From positions 390,001 to 422,000 of the forward strand of contig CP064992.1 of the NCBI GenBank assembly GCA_016699935.1: a stretch of 32,000 nt of DNA. Direction: 5' to 3'. Of the stretch, positions 27,086 through 32,000 are shown piece by piece (the stretch's first letter is position 1; each line of letters begins with the position of its first letter). Position numbers and translations under genes: made by a program. The notes under the pieces are model-generated. The model saw nothing but the letters and a program-made list of their open reading frames with translations, had not been told where the DNA came from and did not search any database. Source of the stretch: Candidatus Saccharimonadota bacterium (GTDB lineage: Bacteria; Patescibacteriota; Saccharimonadia; Saccharimonadales; UBA4665).

Positions 27086-30000
27086 TATTTGTTGTTACGA
27101 CGAAAAACTACTACCAAAACCGTAAACAGTGAGTCAATGTCACCGCAGGCAAAACCCAGACCTTATTTCCTTTGTGCAACAATGTTCTAGCAAGTGGCGC
27201 TGATAGCTAGGTCTGAATTGCGGGCTGCTTGCAGCACTCAGTACCTGCGGCAACGTTTCTGTGCTGTTTGTATTAATAATATTAACGTTCTCTGTTTCTA
27301 GGTTATTGACAGCTGTACCGTATTCCTTTGCGATTTATTTAAGCGCTATATTCATTTGTTTGCTGCTAACCGTGCTCAGGACTTGAGCTGATGTACTTTG
27401 CTTTTCCTCTGGTTTTCTCTGAGGAACCTTCGAACCAACAGCGGGTATGTTTGGGGCAGGGGCAGCAGTAGGGTGTTTTTGAGGCTTGAAAAATATGAGT
27501 CTTCCTCTGTGCTGGTACTTACTGGATCAATCAGCAGCGGGTCGAAAGAGGTAATTCTGGCAGGACTTCTGGAGTTATGCTCCCTGCATCGGCGATGACA
27601 CCATCACACGCATCATCTATCCCATCCTTATCTTCGTCTTTACCACTTTGCGGGAACGCGACACGCAAGAATCTGACGCGTTGGGCATGCCATCACCATC
27701 ATAATCATTTTCCTCTGCTGCGACATACACCATTTGTCGTAAATCAATACTCTTACCACTCGTGTCAGTTGTGTAGATATCTAGTCTGTGGAAGCCAGCT
27801 TCGATATCTGCTGGAACATTAAAACAAAAGGAGCATTAACGTCGTAGACCCCTTCAAAAAGTGTCGTTGGGTCTGAGTGCAAAACACCTTGGACTGGGGT
27901 TTGAGTTGCTTTTGGCACGCTTGTTGTTAGAGATATTGCTGGCGTACTTACCACCATCTGACCAAAACAGGTGCTTCTCTGTCCGCTTCTTGCCAGACCA
28001 CACTCTCTCGGCAGGAGTCCTGTGATGGCGCTTTGGCTTTGTTATTTGAACGAGTTGCTTGTATCGAGTGTCGGTTTATTGTTCAGTTTAGGAGCACCCT
28101 TTGTGTCGGCGTAGTAAGGTTGGTTGTTTTCGACACAATATTCTGGCTAAGTAGACGATGTCCGAATGTAGTAGGATGGTACGACTCCTGGCCAATAAGC
28201 TTGAAGGGTCCGCTATCATTGCCCTTTGTCACGCCGTTCATTCCCGCCTTGCCTTTAGGCGCTTCACACAGTCTGTAGCCATTGAGCGCATTTTCCGCAT
28301 CAACATAGTACGCTCCAGCCTCAGCCGCTGCACGTTTAATGACGCTATTTAAATAAGATATTAACTGCGACCTAAATTTCACTTCACTAGAATTCAGTTT
28401 TACATTTGCGCCACAATCACCGTCAACTTTGGCAATTTGTGGATAGCCGACCACGTAGAGGCGACCGCCACTTTCTCAACACACTCGTATACGTTTTCAC
28501 GAGTCGCTCATACTGCCCCAGTATTTGTTCCATGAGCTTGTTTACGGTCTTCATAGTACTGATAGCACGTTCCGCTTGAGGCGGTTGGGACGCATGTCGC
28601 GATTATCTTTGCAAAATGTATGTCATTTCCACCAACCGAAAGGAGCACGATGCGAGGCTTGTACTCGCGAGCAAAGACAACCTGATTGGCGTAGCCGGGA
28701 GAGAAAGATTTAGTATGCTCTGCTGATTTCTTCTCTTCCAGTTTGTATCGAATATTTATCAGCTACCTGTCCTCCGTATTTCAACTCATTTTCAGGCTTA
28801 ATCTTTTCGTCAAAACACTTGTAACGGTCACGTCGTATGTCTTCGCGCCGGAGCAGGCGACGGAGTGGCCGTGTTGGAAGGCTTGGGCGCCTACTCGGTA
28901 GGGGTAGGAGAACCACGAAAGGTGGCATTTGTTCTGCTTTGTGTCGGTACCGGCAAAGTACGTCCCGGCAGCGCCTTCGCCGGAGATATAGGAGTCACCC
29001 ATGCCTAGTACGCTTATGTATTCGCGGGTGGTGGACGCGGGTACGCGGAGGCTGTAGCGGGCAACGCTATAGGCTGATTGTCCGGTGCGGTCGTATATGG
29101 TGTCGAATGTCAGGGTGTCGTCACTGGTAAATCGAACCCGGCGAGGATATTCAGCCGTAGGCAGCACATTGTGTATGCCACGAGTATTCCCCGTGCGATA
29201 TTCGCCCGTCCAATAGTCTTTGTAGTCACAGCCGTTGTTCTTGGTCGGTTCTAGGAAGTTCGGGTATTGGTCACGACAGGTTTGCGTATCATAGACACGT
29301 AGAGAGGGACGTGTACTATTTCCGCTTGGCACCGAAAACGTCGCCGCTATAAATCGGCCATCATCGCTAATAGCGAGGTTATTTGTGCGGCGGTAACCGC
29401 CGTAGCTATACGTTACAGCATCCCATGAAATAAGTTTTCCTTTGAGGGTTGAAAGGTTGTATTGATAGATGCCCTTCCCGTTTACTATAGCCGCGAACCA
29501 CTCTCCGTTAGCAGAATAGGCAATGTCGGACGTACTAATATTGAGGTAGTTAGTACTGTCTGGGGTTTTGAGAATAGTTGTGGGTTCACCACGGTATTCG
29601 TACACTTTTTTCGTAGGCAGGCCGTAGTATTCAGCGTACTTTAGCTGTGAGGCGTCGTAGCTGCCAATTCTAAGCATAATGCCGCTTGTCCAGCTGCGCG
29701 GAGAAACTGCCGTAATAAGCATCCCCGGGTGACCTGGGACGCTTGGTAAGGCATAGCCACCGTAAAACGGATCGTACTCAAAGAGCCCTTTGGGCCGTCA
29801 ATTAGCTTGCCGCCCACAATCGTACCGAGCGGCGTTTTGTATGCGCAGGCGTCTATGGTGCCTGAGCCATTCGGGATCTGCGTCGGTGTGCAATCTTGGC
29901 TAAGGCTTAGTGGCTCTTGGTTGGCAGGAAGTTCGGCCACCTTTTTCAATGATGGGCTCAGTAGCACTCAGCCAAGCCGTCCGTGGCGCGGCAGCCCACA

Positions 30001-30153
30001 CCACTCCCCGCCCATAAGCAGCGCAACGAGGCAAAAAATTATTGACCATAGTTTACTCGACTCATGCAAAACTCCCACCACCCCAGCCTTGCCAGGAGAT
30101 AGCGCGATTTTGCGTAACTCGAGTTTATTACTTTGTCCCATAAAAAGACTCAC
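27086..30153 (-). pseudogene. Large (~1000-aa) secreted multidomain protein: signal/TM, beta-propeller-like region, SGNH/GDSL hydrolase domain, Ig-like region, thrombospondin-type-3-like Ca-binding repeats, low-complexity linker and C-terminal hydrophobic tail; at least 10 frame breaks
   Basis: Hydrophobic N-terminal segment SKLWSIIFCLVALLMGG. Piece 28781-29722 has propeller-like repeats (SANGEWFAAIVNGKGIYQYN, ISDDGRFIAATFSV), then SGNH block I GMGDSYISGEGA. A shifted frame at 28560-28680 gives block II IVLLSVGGNDI. Piece 28083-28454 gives block V ESYHPTTFGH. Region 27600-27720 gives NDYDGDGMPNASDSC and GKDEDKDGIDDACDG. Confidence 0.7.
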
Positions 30154-30163
30154 TAAATACCAG

Positions 30164-30192
30164 ATTATATCGTATTATACGACAATATGCAA
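30164..30192 (-). promoter_or_regulatory. Near-consensus sigma70-type promoter for the SGNH-hydrolase gene
   Basis: The reverse complement reads TTGCAT, a 17-nt spacer (attgtcgtataatacga), then TATAAT. The -10 ends 10 nt upstream of GTG 30153 and 22 nt upstream of ATG 30141. Confidence 0.5.
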
Positions 30193-30222
30193 TAATAGTA
30201 TTTTGCTCGTGTTTTTGGTTCG

Positions 30223-30689
30223 TTACGCGGCGGGTTTGAGGACGATGTGGCGGTCGCGGCCTTCGCCTTCGGAGTCGCTTATGAGCCCTGCGTCTGAAGC
30301 AACCCGGTGCACGGTGCGGCGGTCAGCGGCGTTCATGGGCTGAACCTCAAATGGCTCACCCGTTTCCTTCACCTTCTTCACCCACTCTTCGGCAGTCTCC
30401 GCGAGCCGATCGGCGCGCTGTTTTTGTACTCGGCAACATCGACGTTCACCCGACACACGGCGTAGTTTTGGTTCTTCAAGGCACTACTAACCAAAAACTG
30501 CATGGAGCGCATAGTTTCACCGCGCTGGCCAATCAAAAATCCATTGAGGTGGGTTGAGGGGATATTGAGCTCAATAACTTCATTGTCTTCTGTGGTCGCG
30601 TACACATCTGTGTTTAGGCCGTAAAACGACAACAAATCTTCTAGGTACTTCTTGGCATACTGGATAGCCGCTTCAACATCATTATTCAT
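30223..30689 (-). pseudogene. jag: Jag/KhpB RNA-binding protein (KH + R3H domains), one frame break
   Basis: Pieces 30378-30689 (LNIPSTHLNGFLIGQRGETMRSMQFLV) and 30223-30456 (QPMNAADRRTVHRVASDAGLISDSEGEGRDRHIVLKP, the R3H domain) join at the coding-strand A5 run 30421-30425 as a 1-nt deletion. Conserved position downstream of yidC. Confidence 0.8.
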
Positions 30690-30691
30690 GG

Positions 30692-31648
30692 TTACCTCCG
30701 TTTCTTCTTAGACTTTTTGGAGGATTTTGTATGTGTTTGTTTTGTGGTTGTAGTGACAATTTCTGCTTCAGGGGTAGATGAGTATGATATTTTGCTGCCG
30801 CGTTCTGTTTTGAGTGGCTTGTCGGATTCGGCGGCTTCGACGAGCTGTTCGGCATCATCTTCGAGCGCTTTCTTCTGCTGGAAGTACGCAACGACTCCGC
30901 CCGTAAACCAGTACAGGCTCAGTGCGGCTGCCAGGTTAATCGTAAAGAAGAACACCATAAATGGGATGATGTACTGCATGCTGCGGCCAACGGCAGCACT
31001 CACTTCGGCCTGGTCGGCTTGCTTGCCGTCACCGGCCGCTTTCAGGATATGACGAAGTTTCCGCGCCTCTTTGTCTGCCGGCATAAGCTGCCGGCTCGTG
31101 AGAAACTGTATGCCCGCACTCAAGACAACGAGAATGAGCGCCGGAATATACGTCCCTTGGGCATTTAATGCCGCCCTCGAGAGGTCAATAACACCAAACA
31201 GTGAGTTATCGAAAGCTTTGATGTTTTCTGCTAGATGCTGCATCCATGGGAGGTTCTGCAGTGGCCCGTATGCGAACTGTACAATTTGGTTGGGGTCTTT
31301 TATGACTTTTATGAGACCCATGTACAGTCCAATCAGCACAATCATTTGAACGATCAGTGTCGGAAAGGCTCCAAATGGGTTAACGCCGCGCTCTTTGTAC
31401 AGCTCCATCATCATCTGGCCTTCGCGTTGTCGGTCGCCTTTTGCTTCCTTCTTGATGCGCTTGAGTTCTGGTTGGAGCTGCCGGGTTATTTTTGTCTGCC
31501 TCAGCTGCTTCTTGACAAGTGGCCACATCAATAACCTGATCACGATAGTAAATAAAATGATCGCCAAACCAAAGTTATGCCCTGGTATCAGTGCGTAAAT
31601 AAGCACGAGCAAATTAAAGATGGGTTGGACGACGAAATCCGTAAACAT
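30692..31648 (-). CDS. yidC: Membrane protein insertase YidC (short, monoderm type, Lys-rich C-terminal tail)
   Basis: Intact 318-aa ORF. IILFTIVIRLLMWPL..KQ....QP....I......D.......ELYKERGVNPFG is the YidC/Oxa1 core. The C-terminus KSSKKSKKKRR is a typical ribosome-binding tail. rnpA lies immediately upstream. Confidence 0.92.
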   Translation of the reverse strand: MFTDFVVQPIFNLLVLIYALIPGHNFGLAIILFTIVIRLLMWPLVKKQLRQTKITRQLQPELKRIKKEAKGDRQREGQMMMELYKERGVNPFGAFPTLIVQMIVLIGLYMGLIKVIKDPNQIVQFAYGPLQNLPWMQHLAENIKAFDNSLFGVIDLSRAALNAQGTYIPALILVVLSAGIQFLTSRQLMPADKEARKLRHILKAAGDGKQADQAEVSAAVGRSMQYIIPFMVFFFTINLAAALSLYWFTGGVVAYFQQKKALEDDAEQLVEAAESDKPLKTERGSKISYSSTPEAEIVTTTTKQTHTKSSKKSKKKRR

Positions 31649-31649
31649 A

Positions 31650-32000
31650 CTACTCCTTTTGTCCTTCTACTATACCACGTTCCTCTCGCGTGAATCGCCC
31701 CGGCAGTGCTTTTGACAACACCCCGTGGAGTTCGTTTGTAAGCTTGCGTGGTGTCAGTGTCGCGAGAGTGACATCGTACACGGTGACTATACAGTCGTAA
31801 CCTCCTAGAGCGCCCTGATACTGCGTCCGGACAAGTTCGTACAGGCGGCGCCGAATGCGGTTGCGAATAACCGCCGATTTGCTTACCTTACGACTAACAA
31901 CAATGGCAATACGGTATCCGGGCTCGTCCCTCTTGCTGTAGCGGAACGACAAAAACCTACCCCGTACTTGTTTGCCGCGGTACGCCAACCGTACACCCCT
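31650..32000 (-). CDS. rnpA: Ribonuclease P protein component (5' end probably outside window)
   Basis: RGKQVRGRFLSFRY...IAIVVSRKVSKSAVIRNRIRRRLYELVR contains the RnpA RNR motif. The frame stays open up to the window edge (..RGVRLAYRG). It is followed by yidC, the canonical rnpA-yidC-jag order. Confidence 0.85.
   Translation of the reverse strand, partial: RGVRLAYRGKQVRGRFLSFRYSKRDEPGYRIAIVVSRKVSKSAVIRNRIRRRLYELVRTQYQGALGGYDCIVTVYDVTLATLTPRKLTNELHGVLSKALPGRFTREERGIVEGQKE

Noticed and set aside
27086-27150. Sortase (LPXTG) sorting signal at the C-terminus of the SGNH protein
   Set aside because: A hydrophobic stretch plus a basic tail (SLFTVLVVVFRRNNK) is present. The preceding sequence, however, gives only LPAV/LPAG-like strings depending on frame, not LPXTG. 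The frame here is uncertain.
27250-27400. LysM-like domain in the C-terminal region of the SGNH protein
   Set aside because: The segment ...VSSKQMNIALK.IAKEYGTAVNNLETENVNII... has a LysM-like rhythm. It lacks the GDT/L core residues and is interrupted by a stop or frame change. The resemblance is too weak to call.
1856-30689. Programmed ribosomal frameshifting or contingency-locus phase variation
   Set aside because: There are too many breaks per gene (up to 10 or more). The tracts are mostly 2-6 nt rather than the long tracts typical of phase-variable loci. I saw no slippery heptamer plus downstream structure pattern. A compensated pair inside the epimerase destroys a catalytic motif, which is not a regulatory design.
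27398-31598. Plus-strand ORFs at 27398-27822, 28033-28352, 28525-28713, 28837-29130, 29462-29644, 29807-30343, 30351-30557, 30717-31052 and 31071-31598
   Set aside because: They are antisense to the SGNH hydrolase, jag and yidC genes. Their Arg/Ser/Pro-rich translations are typical of the reverse frames of GC-normal coding DNA.
1-32000. Alternative genetic code (UGA or other stop reassignment) as the cause of the fragmented ORFs
   Set aside because: The interruptions are changes of reading frame, not in-frame stops within otherwise continuous alignments. Well-supported intact genes end in TGA (PMM, 7472-7474), TAG (glmS) and TAA (epimerase). Stitched genes also end in TGA within ATGA overlaps.
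1-32000. tRNA, rRNA, CRISPR arrays or other structured RNA genes
   Set aside because: Visual scanning found no T-loop/anticodon-arm-like cloverleaf candidates in intergenic spacers, no regularly spaced direct repeats and no rRNA-like segments. The intergenic regions are short, mostly under 200 nt.

Overview
This 32-kb window is a cell-envelope glycan super-locus next to origin-proximal housekeeping genes (jag-yidC-rnpA on the minus strand at the right edge). The host DNA is about 50% GC by eye. The short YidC, which lacks a large periplasmic domain, points to a monoderm-type bacterium. My unverified impression is a Saccharibacteria/CPR-like or actinobacterium-like genome. Standard genetic code: TGA, TAA and TAG all end well-supported genes.

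Left third (plus strand unless noted):
- metK 3' end
- a WbaP-like initiating sugar-phosphate transferase
- a GT4 glycosyltransferase
- glmS
- a minus-strand GT4
- a PMM/PGM-family phosphohexomutase
- a SAM methyltransferase
- a small anchored secreted protein
- an approximately 610-aa secreted protein ending in five tandem 63-aa repeats

Centre (about 10.76-22.1 kb): a visibly AT-rich island. It carries 11 co-directional, translationally coupled minus-strand genes that form a self-contained ABC-transporter-dependent polysaccharide module:
- wzm and wzt, where wzt has a hidden C-terminal glycan-binding-like domain
- a three-enzyme UDP-2-acetamido-2,6-dideoxy-L-hexose pathway (FnlA/CapE-like, RmlD-like, WecB-like)
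- a methyltransferase with a coiled-coil tail
- four GT2 domains and one GT4
- one unknown protein

Right third:
- three GT4 genes
- an intact DUF218-like ORF
- small membrane-anchored ORF(s)
- an approximately 1000-aa secreted beta-propeller/SGNH-hydrolase/TSP3-repeat protein driven by a textbook promoter
- jag, yidC and rnpA

Main caveat and main oddity: about 21 of 29 genes have broken reading frames. The breaks are almost all 1-nt deletion-type shifts at short homopolymers. Meanwhile metK, the WbaP-like gene, glmS, PMM, the 7494 methyltransferase, the DUF218-like ORF, yidC and rnpA are intact. I stitched the broken frames by hand. Stitched coordinates are approximate, and the cause (assembly or polishing artefact versus real decay) cannot be decided from the sequence alone. 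I saw no tRNA, rRNA, CRISPR array, integrase or transposase.
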